A stretch of 42,163 nt of DNA from Candidatus Levyibacteriota bacterium (GCA_016192645.1 JACPTT010000018.1:1-42163), one strand, 5' to 3'. Counted from the stretch's first letter, positions 25,454-36,284 are shown. A program made the numbers and translations. The notes: generated by a model from the letters alone, not told the origin.

Positions 25454-25713
25454 TTACAAATAGCATTAAAAAACATACCGGCTATTATTTTTCTTTAATT
25501 ATAATCCTTGCTTTAGGAATTTTTCTTTCTCTTCAAACATCAGGTGATAGGCAACTTCAAATGCTAATAATGGTGATGACGGTTTTTTTCTATGTCGCCT
25601 GGGGTATTTTGCATCATCTATTAGAACATGACTTAAATATAAAAATTGTGATAGAATATGTGCTTATAGGGAGCCTGGCGATGAGCATTGTTCTATTTCT
25701 TGTCAGGGGATAA
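25450..25713 (+). CDS. Small three-TM hypothetical membrane protein
   Basis: Three hydrophobic helices, WGILHH motif; coupled to both neighbours. Confidence 0.7.
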   Translation: MITNSIKKHTGYYFSLIIILALGIFLSLQTSGDRQLQMLIMVMTVFFYVAWGILHHLLEHDLNIKIVIEYVLIGSLAMSIVLFLVRG

Positions 25714-25715
25714 TT

Positions 25716-26453
25716 ATGAAGGGAGTAATTCTAGCAGGAGGATTAGCAACGAGACTTCGACCTTTAACCTGGGTTACCAACAAACATCTTTTGCCTATCT
25801 ATAACAAGCCGATGATCTTTTACCCGCTTGAGAGCATGGCTAAGGCCGGTATCAGAGAGGTTTTGCTCCTAAGCTCCCCCGACCATAGCGGGGATTTTGC
25901 TAATTTGCTCAAATCCGGAGAAGAGTTTGGTTTAAACATCTACTATGGTGTTCAGGAGAATCCAAAAGGAGGAATAGCCAATGGAATTTCCTATGCAAAA
26001 GAATTCGCAGAAAACAAGCGTATAGTCGTTATTCTGGGAGATAATATTTTTAATACGGACTTGAAGAAAGCGATGGATAAGTTTAGTCGAAGGGAGCGCG
26101 GGGCTATTGTTTATGGTGTGAAGATGGCAACAGATTCAAAGCAATATGGGGTTATTGAGGTGGATGAAGATGGAAAAGTTTTGTCAATTGAAGAAAAACC
26201 AGAACACCCAAAATCGGATATTGCCCAAACAGGTGTTTATTTATACGATGAGCGGGTTTTTGCTTTTATAAAGCAGTTAAAGCCTTCCCCAAGAGGAGAG
26301 CTTGAAGTGACCGATCTTAATAATCTTTATCTAAGAGAAGGTACACTACAGTGTGAGCTTTTGGATTGGTGGATTGACGCGGGGACCTCATTTGATGAAC
26401 TTTTGCGGGCAAATAACTTGGTTTGCGAAAAAGTAAAAAAAGGAGAATTGTAA
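25716..26453 (+). CDS. rfbA: Glucose-1-phosphate thymidylyltransferase (short form)
   Basis: GVILAGGLATRLRPLT, NKHLLPIYNKPMI, ILGDNIF, IEEKP, PSPRGELEVTD. Confidence 0.85.
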   Translation: MKGVILAGGLATRLRPLTWVTNKHLLPIYNKPMIFYPLESMAKAGIREVLLLSSPDHSGDFANLLKSGEEFGLNIYYGVQENPKGGIANGISYAKEFAENKRIVVILGDNIFNTDLKKAMDKFSRRERGAIVYGVKMATDSKQYGVIEVDEDGKVLSIEEKPEHPKSDIAQTGVYLYDERVFAFIKQLKPSPRGELEVTDLNNLYLREGTLQCELLDWWIDAGTSFDELLRANNLVCEKVKKGEL

Positions 26454-26884
26454 TGGGTATTGGAAAAGTTGAGGATGCAAAGAAAGTTCTAACTTTTGAT
26501 CTGGCAGGCAAAGAGAATGGTTCACTTACTGAACTTTATAAAGATGGCGAAAAGACAGTAGTATATCTCACAGCTACAAAACCAGGAGGGTTCAAAGGTT
26601 ATCACCTCCATCGAGTGAGAGCCACAAGATATACTTGCATGAGAGGCAAGGTGAAAATAATCTTATACAGACCAGGCGATTCCTCCTCAAGAGAAGAACA
26701 CATATTAGATGCTCAACGCCCTCAGCGATTATTTATTCCGAATGATATTGCAACAGGACTTCAAAATATAGGAGAGGAAGAAGTCTGGCTCATCAACTAT
26801 CCAGATCCCCCTTACGATCCGAACCTCAAAGACGAGCAGGTGGAGTATACCCTGGAAGAACTCGAAAAAGGAGTGGTGAAATGA
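26453..26884 (+). CDS. Cupin-fold dTDP-sugar 3,5-epimerase/isomerase-like protein (RmlC-like)
   Basis: KPGGFKGYHLH, RLFIP; lies between rfbA and rfbB; TAATG coupling gives ATG 26453. Confidence 0.7.
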   Translation: MGIGKVEDAKKVLTFDLAGKENGSLTELYKDGEKTVVYLTATKPGGFKGYHLHRVRATRYTCMRGKVKIILYRPGDSSSREEHILDAQRPQRLFIPNDIATGLQNIGEEEVWLINYPDPPYDPNLKDEQVEYTLEELEKGVVK

Positions 26885-27354
26885 TTCAGTGTAGGTTTGA
26901 AAATGGCAGGCAAGCAAATCTTCGACATGTAACAGTAAAGGCTCTCACGGTAGGTGATAATAATAAAGTTTTACTGGTAAAGCGAGCATTAAATCTCCTA
27001 AGAGGAGGTAAATATGATCTGCCGGGAGGATTTTTAGAGAGAGATGAGGATACTCAAGGGTGTGCCCTTAGGGAATTATTTGAAGAAACAGGGATAAGAG
27101 GAGAGATTTTATTTCTTTTTAGAATAAACGATTCTCCTAAGAGACCCAATGAGGATAGACAAAATGTTGATTTTATTTATGTAGTTAAACCTCTCAGTGG
27201 CGAGATAAAAAAAGACCCTGAGACTCTAAGCGTTTCTTGGGTTTCGCCAGATAATTTGCCTCCCGAAGCGGAATTTGCTTTTGATCATAAGGATTCAATC
27301 CTTCGATACCTTTCATATTTAGAAAAACCATTTCCATTGCCAATTTTAGGTTAA
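26881..27354 (+). CDS. NUDIX hydrolase
   Basis: Nudix box PGGFLERDEDTQGCALRELFEETG; AFDH motif. Confidence 0.9.
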   Translation: MIQCRFENGRQANLRHVTVKALTVGDNNKVLLVKRALNLLRGGKYDLPGGFLERDEDTQGCALRELFEETGIRGEILFLFRINDSPKRPNEDRQNVDFIYVVKPLSGEIKKDPETLSVSWVSPDNLPPEAEFAFDHKDSILRYLSYLEKPFPLPILG

Positions 27355-27359
27355 AAAAT

Positions 27360-28349
27360 ATGAAACTTTTAGTGACTGGCGGAGCGGGATTTATTGGATC
27401 TAATTTTATTCTTTATTGGATGAAGCGCTATCCAAATGACCAGATTGTTAATTTGGATAAGCTAACCTATGCGGGAAACTTAGAAAACCTTAGAAAGGTT
27501 GAAAAAAATCCTAGCTACAAATTTATCCAGGGAGACATATGCAATCCCAAAGTTGTTGAACAAGCAATTCAAGGCATTGAAGTTGTGGTTCATTTTGCTG
27601 CGGAAAGCCACGTGGATCGCTCAATAATGGAGCCTGCGCCTTTTGTTATGACCAATGTGGTAGGTACCCAAATTCTTTTGGACGCCGCACTAAAACATAA
27701 AATAAAGCGATTTCACCATGTTTCAACAGACGAGGTTTACGGGAGTCTTAGCCTTGAAGAGGCAAAAAAATTTGATGAAGAGACAAAATATAATCCAAGA
27801 AGTCCTTATGCGGCAAGCAAGGCTGCCTCAGATCATTTGGTTCGTGCCTATTTTATAACCTATGGTTTGCCAATCACAATTACCAATTGCTCAAATAATT
27901 TTGGTCCTTACCAATTTCCTGAAAAACTAATTCCGCTTGCAATTACAAACCTTTTGGAAAATAAAAAAGTGCCGGTCTATGGGGACGGCCTTTATGTTCG
28001 TGATTGGTTGTATGTTGAGGATCACTGCCGAGCAATTGAGGTGGTTCTTCAAAAAGGGAAAGCAGGAGAGACATACTGCGTTGGCGGCGTAACTGCGGAT
28101 ATCAATAATCTCGAAGTGGTTAAAAAGATCTTTAAGATTTTAGGGAAAAGCGAGGACATGGTTGAGTTTGTTAAGGATCGTCCAGGGCATGATAGAAAGT
28201 ACGCAATTGACTGGTCAAAGATAAAAAGAGAATTAGGTTGGCAGCCCGAACATAGTTTTGATGAATGGCTTGCGGAGACGGTTGAATGGTATAAAAGGAA
28301 TAAAAATTGGTGGGAGAGAGTAAAAAGCGGAAAATATGGAAAATTATGA
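27360..28349 (+). CDS. rfbB: dTDP-glucose 4,6-dehydratase
   Basis: TGGAGFIGSN, DKLTYAGN, AAESHVDRS, STDEVYG, YAASK, DRPGHD. Confidence 0.95.
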   Translation: MKLLVTGGAGFIGSNFILYWMKRYPNDQIVNLDKLTYAGNLENLRKVEKNPSYKFIQGDICNPKVVEQAIQGIEVVVHFAAESHVDRSIMEPAPFVMTNVVGTQILLDAALKHKIKRFHHVSTDEVYGSLSLEEAKKFDEETKYNPRSPYAASKAASDHLVRAYFITYGLPITITNCSNNFGPYQFPEKLIPLAITNLLENKKVPVYGDGLYVRDWLYVEDHCRAIEVVLQKGKAGETYCVGGVTADINNLEVVKKIFKILGKSEDMVEFVKDRPGHDRKYAIDWSKIKRELGWQPEHSFDEWLAETVEWYKRNKNWWERVKSGKYGKL

Positions 28350-29212
28350 AGATTTTAGGAACAGGATTATCAGGGCTTGTAGGATCTCGAATTATAGAGC
28401 TTCTTAAAGAGAGACATGAGTTTGATTCTTCAGAGGTTGACATAACAGATAGAGACAAGATCACTGAGAAGATTAAAACATCAAATGCTTCAATAGTTCT
28501 TCATTTGGCCGCAAAAACAGACGTTGATGGTTGCGAGATCGATAAAGACTCAAAAGAACAAGGAGAAGCTTGGAGAGTTAATGTTTTGGGAACCAAAAAT
28601 GTGGCACTTGCCTGTTCAATAAGCAATAAAAAACTTATCTATATTTCAACAGATTTTGTTTTTGATGGAGAAAATTCGCTAGCTGATGGGTATAAAGAGG
28701 AAGATCGGCCGAATCCTATTAATTGGTACGGTCAGACAAAATATGGAGGAGAGAAAATTGTTCAAAACTCAAATTTGCCTTGGTTGATAGTTCGAATCGC
28801 CTATCCCTATCGCGCAAATTTTGCAAAGGGTGATTTTGCAAGAGGTATTATTGCAAAACTCAAAAGGGCAGAAAAGATCAGCGCAATTACCGATCATATT
28901 ATGACACCAACTTTTATTGACGATATTGCATACGCTTTAGATATAATTATTCAAAGAAATGTAACTGGAATTTTTCATCTTGTTGGCAGCCAATTTATCT
29001 CCCCATTTGAAGCCGCAGTTTTAATTTCAAACATTTTTAATTTTGATAAAAATCTTATTCAAAAAACAACGCGCGGTAAGTATTTTAAAGATAGGGCGCA
29101 AAGACCCTTTCGGCTCGCGCTTAAAAATGATAAAATACAACAATTGGATATTAAAATGAGAACTTTTGAAGAAGGGTTGGACGAGATAAAAAAACAAATG
29201 GAAAGCCTATGA
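28346..29212 (+). CDS. rfbD: dTDP-4-dehydrorhamnose reductase
   Basis: GLSGLVG, TDVDGCE, YISTDFVFDG, PINWYGQTK; ATGA overlap gives start 28346. Confidence 0.88.
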   Translation: MKILGTGLSGLVGSRIIELLKERHEFDSSEVDITDRDKITEKIKTSNASIVLHLAAKTDVDGCEIDKDSKEQGEAWRVNVLGTKNVALACSISNKKLIYISTDFVFDGENSLADGYKEEDRPNPINWYGQTKYGGEKIVQNSNLPWLIVRIAYPYRANFAKGDFARGIIAKLKRAEKISAITDHIMTPTFIDDIAYALDIIIQRNVTGIFHLVGSQFISPFEAAVLISNIFNFDKNLIQKTTRGKYFKDRAQRPFRLALKNDKIQQLDIKMRTFEEGLDEIKKQMESL

Positions 29213-30498
29213 CCATCACTTTTATAGGACATGGGTACGTTGGACTTGTGACTGCTTCTGTTTTTGCCGAACTTGGCAACGCAGTGTGGGTAATAGGGCA
29301 TACCAAAGAAAAAATTAAGAACCTACAAAAAGGAATAATCCCTATTTATGAGCCTGGACTTGAAGAGATCGTAAGACGAAATCTAAAGGCAAAAAGGCTC
29401 CGCTTTACCTTGGATTATCATGAGGCAATTCCGCAGTCGCAGGCAGTCTTTATAGCGGTTGGGACTCCTCCAAAAGAAAATGGCGAAGCTAACTTATCTG
29501 TTGTTTTTGAAGTGGCAGAGAAGATTGGGAAACATTTAGATGGATATAGCGTAGTTGTGACGAAAAGTACGGTTCCGGTTGGAACAAATAAAAAAATAAA
29601 AGCGGCTATAGAAAAAGTGAAGCCACAAAAAACTACGTTTGACGTGGCTTCGGTTCCTGAATTTTTACGAGAAGGACAAGCAATTTCAGACACACTGCGT
29701 CCCGATCGAATCGTAATCGGAACGGATTCAAAGCAGGCGCAAGAATTGCTAATGGAACTGCATAAGCCAATTGACGGAACGTTTGTTTTAACAAATGTTG
29801 AAACAGCAGAAATGATAAAGTATGCGGCAAATGCGTTTTTGGCAACCAAGATTTCTTTTGCAAATGCGATTGCTAAGCTTTCCGAGCTTGCAGGAGCAGA
29901 CGGGTTAAAAGCTTTAGAGGCTGTCGGTCTTGATAAGAGAGTAGGAAGCGAATTTCTTTCTCCGGGCGCTGGTTATGGCGGTAGCTGTTTCCCAAAAGAC
30001 GTAAAGGCCCTAATTGCAATTGCCAAACAATACGGATATGAATTTACTCTTCTAAAAGATGTTGAGAAGGTAAATCAAGATGCAATGCGAGAAATTGTTC
30101 AGAAGGCAAAAAAACTTCTCGGCAATGTATCTGGTAAAAAGGTTGGAGTTTTGGGTTTATCATTTAAGCCTGACACTGACGACATGCGCGACGCTCCTTC
30201 AATTACAGTGATCGAAAAACTTCAGAGAGAAGGAGCAATAATTAGAGCGTACGATCCGGTAGCGGCGGAAAATGCAAAAAAGATTCTTAAAAAAGTTGTT
30301 TTTTGTGCTAATCCTTATGAAGTTGCGAAAGATGCGGACATACTTATAGTTATGACAGAATGGAATGAGTTTCAACAGCTTGATTTGCAAAAAGTAAAAC
30401 AGATTATGAAGACAGCGATTATCCTTGACGGCAGAAATATATACGACCCCCAAAAGGTTAAAAAAGCAGGATTTGTATATCAGGGTGTAGGAAGGTAG
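29209..30498 (+). CDS. ugd: UDP-glucose 6-dehydrogenase
   Basis: GHGYVG, IAVGTP, KSTVPVGT, PEFLREG, GYGGSCFPKD, FKPDTDDMR, DGRN. Confidence 0.92.
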   Translation: MTITFIGHGYVGLVTASVFAELGNAVWVIGHTKEKIKNLQKGIIPIYEPGLEEIVRRNLKAKRLRFTLDYHEAIPQSQAVFIAVGTPPKENGEANLSVVFEVAEKIGKHLDGYSVVVTKSTVPVGTNKKIKAAIEKVKPQKTTFDVASVPEFLREGQAISDTLRPDRIVIGTDSKQAQELLMELHKPIDGTFVLTNVETAEMIKYAANAFLATKISFANAIAKLSELAGADGLKALEAVGLDKRVGSEFLSPGAGYGGSCFPKDVKALIAIAKQYGYEFTLLKDVEKVNQDAMREIVQKAKKLLGNVSGKKVGVLGLSFKPDTDDMRDAPSITVIEKLQREGAIIRAYDPVAAENAKKILKKVVFCANPYEVAKDADILIVMTEWNEFQQLDLQKVKQIMKTAIILDGRNIYDPQKVKKAGFVYQGVGR

Positions 30499-30507
30499 TA
30501 ATGGCCT

Positions 30508-31470
30508 ATGAAAAAAAGGGTTTTTATCACCGGGATCTCTGGGTTTGCCGGAAGCCACCTAGCTCAGCATTTGCTTTCTCAGAACATTTACGAGGTAAGC
30601 GGAACATTCTTGTCAGAGAGCAGTCTTGAGAATTTAAGAGAAATCGAGGATAAACTTAATCTAGAAAAGGTAGATCTTACAAATAGAAAGAGGATTGAAG
30701 TTCTTATCGGATCTAAAAAACCTCAGTTAGTATTTCATTTGGCTGCTCTTGCTTCTCCTGCGTATAGCTTTGAATATCCAGCAGAAACAATTACAAATAA
30801 TATTGCAATTCAAATTAATATTTTAGAAGCAATAAGAAAAGCCAATCTTAAAAGCTGCCGTATTTTAATAGTTTCATCGGCAGATGTCTATGGGGCTGTT
30901 ACCAAGAAAGACTTACCAATCGATGAAGAAACCCCATTTAGACCGACAAATCCCTATGCCGTTTCAAAAATTACACAAGATTTTTTGGGTCTTCAGTATT
31001 TTTTCTCTTATAACTTAAGCATTGTTCGAGTTCGATCGTTTAATCACATTGGTCCAAGGCAGTCTGCGGATTTTGTCGTTTCTTCTTTTGCCAAAAAAAT
31101 TGCAGAGATTGAGAAAGGAAAAAAGGAGCCGGTTTTAGCCGTTGGTAATCTTGAAGCAAAAAGAGACCTTACAGATGTAAGGGATATAGTTAAAGCTTAC
31201 AGCTTAATTGCAAAAAAGGGTAAGATAGGCGATGCTTATAACTTAGGTTCAGGAGTTTCTTATAAAATAGCGGATATTTTAGAGTGGTTACTTTCTTTTT
31301 CCAAAAAAAAGATAAAAGTTGTAAGCGACCCTTCTTTATTTCGGCCCGTTGATACTCCAGAACTCTTATGCGACAATCGCAAAATAAGAAAAGCAATAGA
31401 TTGGAAGCCAACAATTTCTATAGCGGAGACCTTAAAAGACACGCTGGATTATTGGAGGAATATCGTCTAA
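30508..31470 (+). CDS. Extended SDR, probable GDP-4-keto-6-deoxy-D-mannose reductase (Rmd-like)
   Basis: [37 protein letters not shown]; adjacent to gmd. Confidence 0.7.
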   Translation: MKKRVFITGISGFAGSHLAQHLLSQNIYEVSGTFLSESSLENLREIEDKLNLEKVDLTNRKRIEVLIGSKKPQLVFHLAALASPAYSFEYPAETITNNIAIQINILEAIRKANLKSCRILIVSSADVYGAVTKKDLPIDEETPFRPTNPYAVSKITQDFLGLQYFFSYNLSIVRVRSFNHIGPRQSADFVVSSFAKKIAEIEKGKKEPVLAVGNLEAKRDLTDVRDIVKAYSLIAKKGKIGDAYNLGSGVSYKIADILEWLLSFSKKKIKVVSDPSLFRPVDTPELLCDNRKIRKAIDWKPTISIAETLKDTLDYWRNIV

Positions 31471-31484
31471 AATTAAAAATAAAC

Positions 31485-32459
31485 ATGAAAAAAGCTTTAA
31501 TTACGGGTATAACAGGACAAGACGGTTCGTATCTTGCCGAGTTATTGCTTTCTAAGGAGTATAAGGTTTATGGTTTAACCAGGCGAACAAGCACTGTTAA
31601 TAATGAAAGAATTGCGCATATTCAGGACAAAATAGAGTTGGTTCAAGGTGATCTTCTTGATCAAAGTTCATTAGCCTCCGCCCTTATGGAAACAGAACCA
31701 GATGAGGTTTATAATTTAGCAGCTCAGTCATTTGTGAAGACTTCATGGAATCAGCCGGTACTTACAGGAGAATTTACAGCACTTGGCGTAACCCGTATTC
31801 TTGAGGCGATACGGGTAGTAAATCCAAAGATAAAATTTTACCAGGCTTCATCTTCTGAAATGTTTGGAAAAGTGACCGAAAGTCCGCAGAAGGAAACAAC
31901 GCGGTTTCATCCCAGAAGTCCCTATGGCGTTGCTAAGGTATACGGACATTACATAACGGTTAACTACAGGGAAAGCTACGGGATTTTTGCCTGTTCCGGG
32001 ATTCTTTTTAACCACGAATCGCCTAGGCGAGGATTAGAGTTTGTAACGCGTAAAATAAGCCATGCAGCGGCACGAATTAGTCTCGGCAGGCAGGAAAAGT
32101 TACATCTTGGCTCATTACAGCCAAAAAGAGATTGGGGATTTGCCGGTGATTATGTAGAAGCAATGTGGCTTATGCTTCAACAAAAAGAAGCAGATGATTA
32201 TGTTGTTGCAACTGGAGAAAATCATTCTGTTAGGGATTTTGTCGAATCGGCTTTTAAGTTCGTTGGCATCAAAGAATGGGAAAAACATGTGGTAGCAAAT
32301 CGGCAAGAGCATTTAAGACCTGCAGAAGTAGATTATCTTGTTGGTGATTATACTAAAGCAAAAAGAATTTTAGGATGGGAGCCAAAAACTAGCTTCAAAG
32401 AGTTAGTCGAGATGATGGTCAAGGCAGACCTTGAGCTTGAGAGGAGAAACAACAAATAG
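31485..32459 (+). CDS. gmd: GDP-mannose 4,6-dehydratase
   Basis: [55 protein letters not shown]; start 31485. Confidence 0.95.
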   Translation: MKKALITGITGQDGSYLAELLLSKEYKVYGLTRRTSTVNNERIAHIQDKIELVQGDLLDQSSLASALMETEPDEVYNLAAQSFVKTSWNQPVLTGEFTALGVTRILEAIRVVNPKIKFYQASSSEMFGKVTESPQKETTRFHPRSPYGVAKVYGHYITVNYRESYGIFACSGILFNHESPRRGLEFVTRKISHAAARISLGRQEKLHLGSLQPKRDWGFAGDYVEAMWLMLQQKEADDYVVATGENHSVRDFVESAFKFVGIKEWEKHVVANRQEHLRPAEVDYLVGDYTKAKRILGWEPKTSFKELVEMMVKADLELERRNNK

Positions 32460-32462
32460 GAT

Positions 32463-33425
32463 ATGCAAACGGCTTTAGTATCTGGAGGCGCCGGTTTTAT
32501 TGGTTCGCATTTATGCAAAAGACTGCTGCAAGACGGATGCAAAGTTATCTGCGTTGATAATCTGATAACCGGAAGCAAAGAGAATGTAAAAGATTTATTG
32601 CTAATTCCTCAGTTTAAGTTTATTGAACAAGATATCGCAAAGCCAATCCGCCAGCTGCCGGATCAAAAGTCAAAAGTAGATTACATCTTCCATCTGGCTT
32701 CGCCAGCCTCGCCCAATAAGAAAAGTAGGCGGAGTTATATAAATTATCCTATCGAAACACTTCTTGCTAATTCGGTTGGAACATATAATCTGCTTGAATT
32801 GGCTAAGAAAAAATCAGCTAGATTTCTTTATGCTTCGTCATCAGAAGTGTATGGAGACCCGGCTATTTCTCCTCAAAAAGAGGAGTATTTTGGGAATGTA
32901 AACCCCGTTGGTGTTCGTTCTGTTTATGATGAAGGGAAGAGGTTTGGAGAGGCAATTACAATGGCATATGTTAGAAAACACAATCTTGATGCAAGGATTG
33001 TTCGGATTTTCAACACGTACGGACCTCAAATGCAGAGAGATGATGGTCGAGTTGTTTCAAACTTTATTAATCAAGCCATTGCAAATGAGCAAATCACGAT
33101 TTATGGGGACGGAAAACAGACGCGAAGCTTCTGCTATATTGACGATATGATCGAGGGAATTTTAAAGGCAATGCTTATTGAGAAGGTGAGAGGAGGGGTG
33201 GTTAATCTTGGTAATCCTGACGAGCGAACAATTCTTGAACTTACTATTCTAATTAAGAAGATGGCAAATTCTCAATCAAAGATTGTGCATGAGGAAGCTT
33301 CGGAGGATGATCCAAAAAGACGAAAGCCCGACATTACCAAAGCAAAAAGAATCTTGGGTTGGGAACCAAAATTGGGGTTAGAAGAAGGTCTAACAAAGAC
33401 TATTCAATATTTTCAAAGTATATGA
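32463..33425 (+). CDS. UDP-glucuronate decarboxylase (UDP-xylose synthase)
   Basis: GGAGFIGSHL, HLASPASP, SSEVYGDP, YDEGKR, RIFNTYGP, DDGRVVSNF, DDPKRRKPDI. Confidence 0.88.
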   Translation: MQTALVSGGAGFIGSHLCKRLLQDGCKVICVDNLITGSKENVKDLLLIPQFKFIEQDIAKPIRQLPDQKSKVDYIFHLASPASPNKKSRRSYINYPIETLLANSVGTYNLLELAKKKSARFLYASSSEVYGDPAISPQKEEYFGNVNPVGVRSVYDEGKRFGEAITMAYVRKHNLDARIVRIFNTYGPQMQRDDGRVVSNFINQAIANEQITIYGDGKQTRSFCYIDDMIEGILKAMLIEKVRGGVVNLGNPDERTILELTILIKKMANSQSKIVHEEASEDDPKRRKPDITKAKRILGWEPKLGLEEGLTKTIQYFQSI

Positions 33426-34591
33426 AAGTGGTTATTATCGTGCCAACCTATAACGAAAAGGGCAATATTGAGCGGCTCATTCCGATTCTTGAGGAAAAAA
33501 TATTCCCCGTTATCAAAAATCATAAGATGCATGTTTTGGTGGTGGATGATAATTCTCCTGATGGGACAGCCGATGAGGTAAAAAAGCTCATGAAAAAATG
33601 GGACAATATTAGTTTGAGTATTGGCGAGAAGCGGGGATTGGGGGCGGCATATGTTCGGGGAATGAACTACGCAACTACGGAAATGGGCGCAGAGGTTATG
33701 TTTGAAATGGACGCCGATTTGTCTCACGAGCCCAAAAAAATTCCGGAGTTTTTAGAAAAGATTGATGAGGGGTACGATCTTGTTATTGGAACAAGATATA
33801 GCGGTGGGGGATCAATTCCTCACAACTGGGGTTTGCATAGAAAACTGTTTTCTATCTTTGGCAATTTATTGGTTCGCACAATTCTTACAAGGTTTTGGAT
33901 TCATGATTGGACAGGAGGATTTCGCGCGCTTAGAAAAGAGGTATTTCTAAAAGAAAAAGCGGAACTAACAGCATTTCGAGGATATACTTTTCAGGTTTCT
34001 TTTTTGCATAAGGCAATAAGAGACGGATTCAAAATTACAGAAGTTCCCATTCATTTTACCGATAGAACCCTAGGGCGCTCAAAAATTGCGCCAAGAGAGT
34101 ATATTGCAGATCTTCTTAAATATATCTTAAAGGCAAGATTTTTTGAAATACTTTACTCCCCGTTTTTTAAATATGCAATCACCGGATTTTTTGGATACCT
34201 AATTAATGCGATAAGCCTTGAAGTATTTAAGGGTTATTTTGGTTTACATTCGGGTGCAGCGGGAGCTTTAGGGGCAGAACTCGCAATTATTTGGAATTTT
34301 ACCCTGAATAATTTTTGGGCATTCTCGCGCTATAAAATAACAGCAACACAAAAAATTCCTTTGAAATTCTTTCAGTTTAATCTAGTATCTTTTGGTTCGG
34401 TTCTAATTATTGGCGGAGTAATAACGGTAGGTACGGCACTTTTCGGCGATACTCGTTTTGTAAGGCAGTTATTTCTTATTGCTGCAATAGGTTTTTTTGT
34501 TATTCCCTATAGTTACTCCATGTATAATATCTTTATATGGAAAAGATGGCACATTTCTTTCCTCTCAAGACTCCAAGAATTGGTTGGGTGA
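33422..34591 (+). CDS. GT2 polyprenol-phosphate glycosyltransferase (DPM1-like) fused to a GtrA-like domain
   Basis: PTYNE, VDDNSPDGT, MDADLSH; C-terminal four-TM region with NFTLNNFWAF; start 33422. Confidence 0.88.
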   Translation: MKVVIIVPTYNEKGNIERLIPILEEKIFPVIKNHKMHVLVVDDNSPDGTADEVKKLMKKWDNISLSIGEKRGLGAAYVRGMNYATTEMGAEVMFEMDADLSHEPKKIPEFLEKIDEGYDLVIGTRYSGGGSIPHNWGLHRKLFSIFGNLLVRTILTRFWIHDWTGGFRALRKEVFLKEKAELTAFRGYTFQVSFLHKAIRDGFKITEVPIHFTDRTLGRSKIAPREYIADLLKYILKARFFEILYSPFFKYAITGFFGYLINAISLEVFKGYFGLHSGAAGALGAELAIIWNFTLNNFWAFSRYKITATQKIPLKFFQFNLVSFGSVLIIGGVITVGTALFGDTRFVRQLFLIAAIGFFVIPYSYSMYNIFIWKRWHISFLSRLQELVG

Positions 34592-36144
34592 ATCTTGGCG
34601 TTTTAGGAATTCTTTTAGTTGCCGCATTTCTTAGGCTATATAAAATCTCAGATTATATGACCTTTTTAGGAGATGAAGGGAGAGATGCCTTGGTGGTATA
34701 CGGTATTCTTCATGGAAAATTTACTCTTTTAGGTCCAACAGCCTCGGTTGGAGGATTTTTCTTAGGTCCTATTTACTACTATTTTATGGCTCCATTTCTA
34801 TGGTTGTTTAACTACGATCCGGCAGGGGCTGCGGTTATGGTTGCTCTTTTTGGGGTTACAACAGTATATCTTGTCTATAAAATTGGCGATGAGTTTTTTA
34901 ATACGACGACAGGGCTGATTGCAGCGTTTCTTTATGCAATTTCCCCTCTTGTTATTGCCTACTCTCGCTCGTCATGGAATCCAAATCTTATGCCGTTTTT
35001 CTCGCTTCTTACTCTTTATGTTCTCTACAAAGCGGTTGTAAAAAAGAGCGCATTTCTTTTTGTCTTGTGTGGATTTTTGCTTGGAATTGCGATGCAGCTT
35101 CATTATCTTACGATTTTTTTGGGAGTAGTGGTCGCTGCTTATGTTCTTTTCGTTCAGACAATGAGAGGCTCCAATCACAACGGAAATGTTTTTAAAGACT
35201 ACATTCTTATTGCTGGAGGTTTTATTTTGGGATGGTCACCGTTTTTCGCCTTTGAAATCCGCCATGGGTTTCCTAATATGCAAAGTATCATAAGGTTTAT
35301 TCTCTCCTCAGGCGATACTGGAACAAATCCTCAGTTTTTAGGGACTCTTCAAAATGTTTTCTTCCGGCTGTTTGGAAGATTAATTACAACCTTTCCGCCG
35401 CCCGAACAGGTAAGCCTGCACGATAAATTAGAGATTGCGCTTTGGTACTGGGGAACTTTAATAATTGCTTATTTAGGACTTCTTATTCTCGTTCTTAAGT
35501 TTTTTAATGCCGTTAAACGCAAGAACGTTTTGGAATTCCAAAAGATGAGTCTTATGCTTCTCTGGATTTCTATCGGAATTTTTTTATTCGGATTTTACAA
35601 AAAGCCAATTTATGACTATTACTTTGGTTTTATGTTCCCTCTCCCATTTATTTTAACAGGGATGACGCTTTCAGATTTCCCAAAAGTCCTTCATAAGTTC
35701 CTTCCTCGAATAGAACCAATGGGCAAGACGCTAGTTATTATTGCCTTATTGATTCTTGTTTGGCTGAATGCTCAAGGTATCCCGTTTCGCTTTTCTCCAA
35801 ACCGACAAAAAGATCAGGTAAAGCAAATTTCTGAATTTGTTCTTTCAAAAACAGAAAACAAACCTTTTAATTTTGCCCTCATTACTCTCGGGAACTCAGA
35901 CCATGGGTATCGATATTTCTTTAAACTTGCAGGGAAAGATCCCGTGATAATTGAGACTTTCAAAAATGATCCGAAGCGCCAGACCGTTGCGGATCAACTG
36001 CTAATTGTCTGCGAAGACCCAGAGTGCAAGCCTTTGGGGCATTCTCTTTGGGAGGTCGCCGGCTTTGGCAGAGCAGAGATTACAGGTGAATGGCAGGTAA
36101 GTGTAGTTAGGGTTTACAAGCTGGTTCACTATCAAGAGAAATGA
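34537..36144 (+). CDS. GT-C fold membrane glycosyltransferase (ArnT/PMT-like)
   Basis: FLRLY...FLGDEGRD loop after TM1, GPIYYY, SRSSWNPN, many TMs. Start uncertain: 34537, 34546 or GTG 34588. Confidence 0.82.
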   Translation: MEKMAHFFPLKTPRIGWVNLGVLGILLVAAFLRLYKISDYMTFLGDEGRDALVVYGILHGKFTLLGPTASVGGFFLGPIYYYFMAPFLWLFNYDPAGAAVMVALFGVTTVYLVYKIGDEFFNTTTGLIAAFLYAISPLVIAYSRSSWNPNLMPFFSLLTLYVLYKAVVKKSAFLFVLCGFLLGIAMQLHYLTIFLGVVVAAYVLFVQTMRGSNHNGNVFKDYILIAGGFILGWSPFFAFEIRHGFPNMQSIIRFILSSGDTGTNPQFLGTLQNVFFRLFGRLITTFPPPEQVSLHDKLEIALWYWGTLIIAYLGLLILVLKFFNAVKRKNVLEFQKMSLMLLWISIGIFLFGFYKKPIYDYYFGFMFPLPFILTGMTLSDFPKVLHKFLPRIEPMGKTLVIIALLILVWLNAQGIPFRFSPNRQKDQVKQISEFVLSKTENKPFNFALITLGNSDHGYRYFFKLAGKDPVIIETFKNDPKRQTVADQLLIVCEDPECKPLGHSLWEVAGFGRAEITGEWQVSVVRVYKLVHYQEK

Positions 36145-36202
36145 ATAAAAAATGAATAACTTGGGAACATCGTTCCTAAGAACGAAAGAATAAACCACTA
36201 TT

Positions 36203-36284
36203 TCGCAGCAGAGCCATGGAGTATTCCTTCAGACAAACTTACGCAAGTCATTCATCCTCGTAGCAAGCTGCGAGGTATTCTGAC
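36203..36284. mobile_element. Non-autonomous palindrome-pair element (REP-like, or resembling IS200/IS605 ends)
   Basis: Two degenerate direct copies TCGCAGCAGAGCCATGGAGTATTC and TCGTAGCAAGCTGCGAGGTATTC; the second folds as CCTCGTAGC-AA-GCTGCGAGG with outer GTCA/TGAC pairing. No transposase nearby. Confidence 0.45.
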
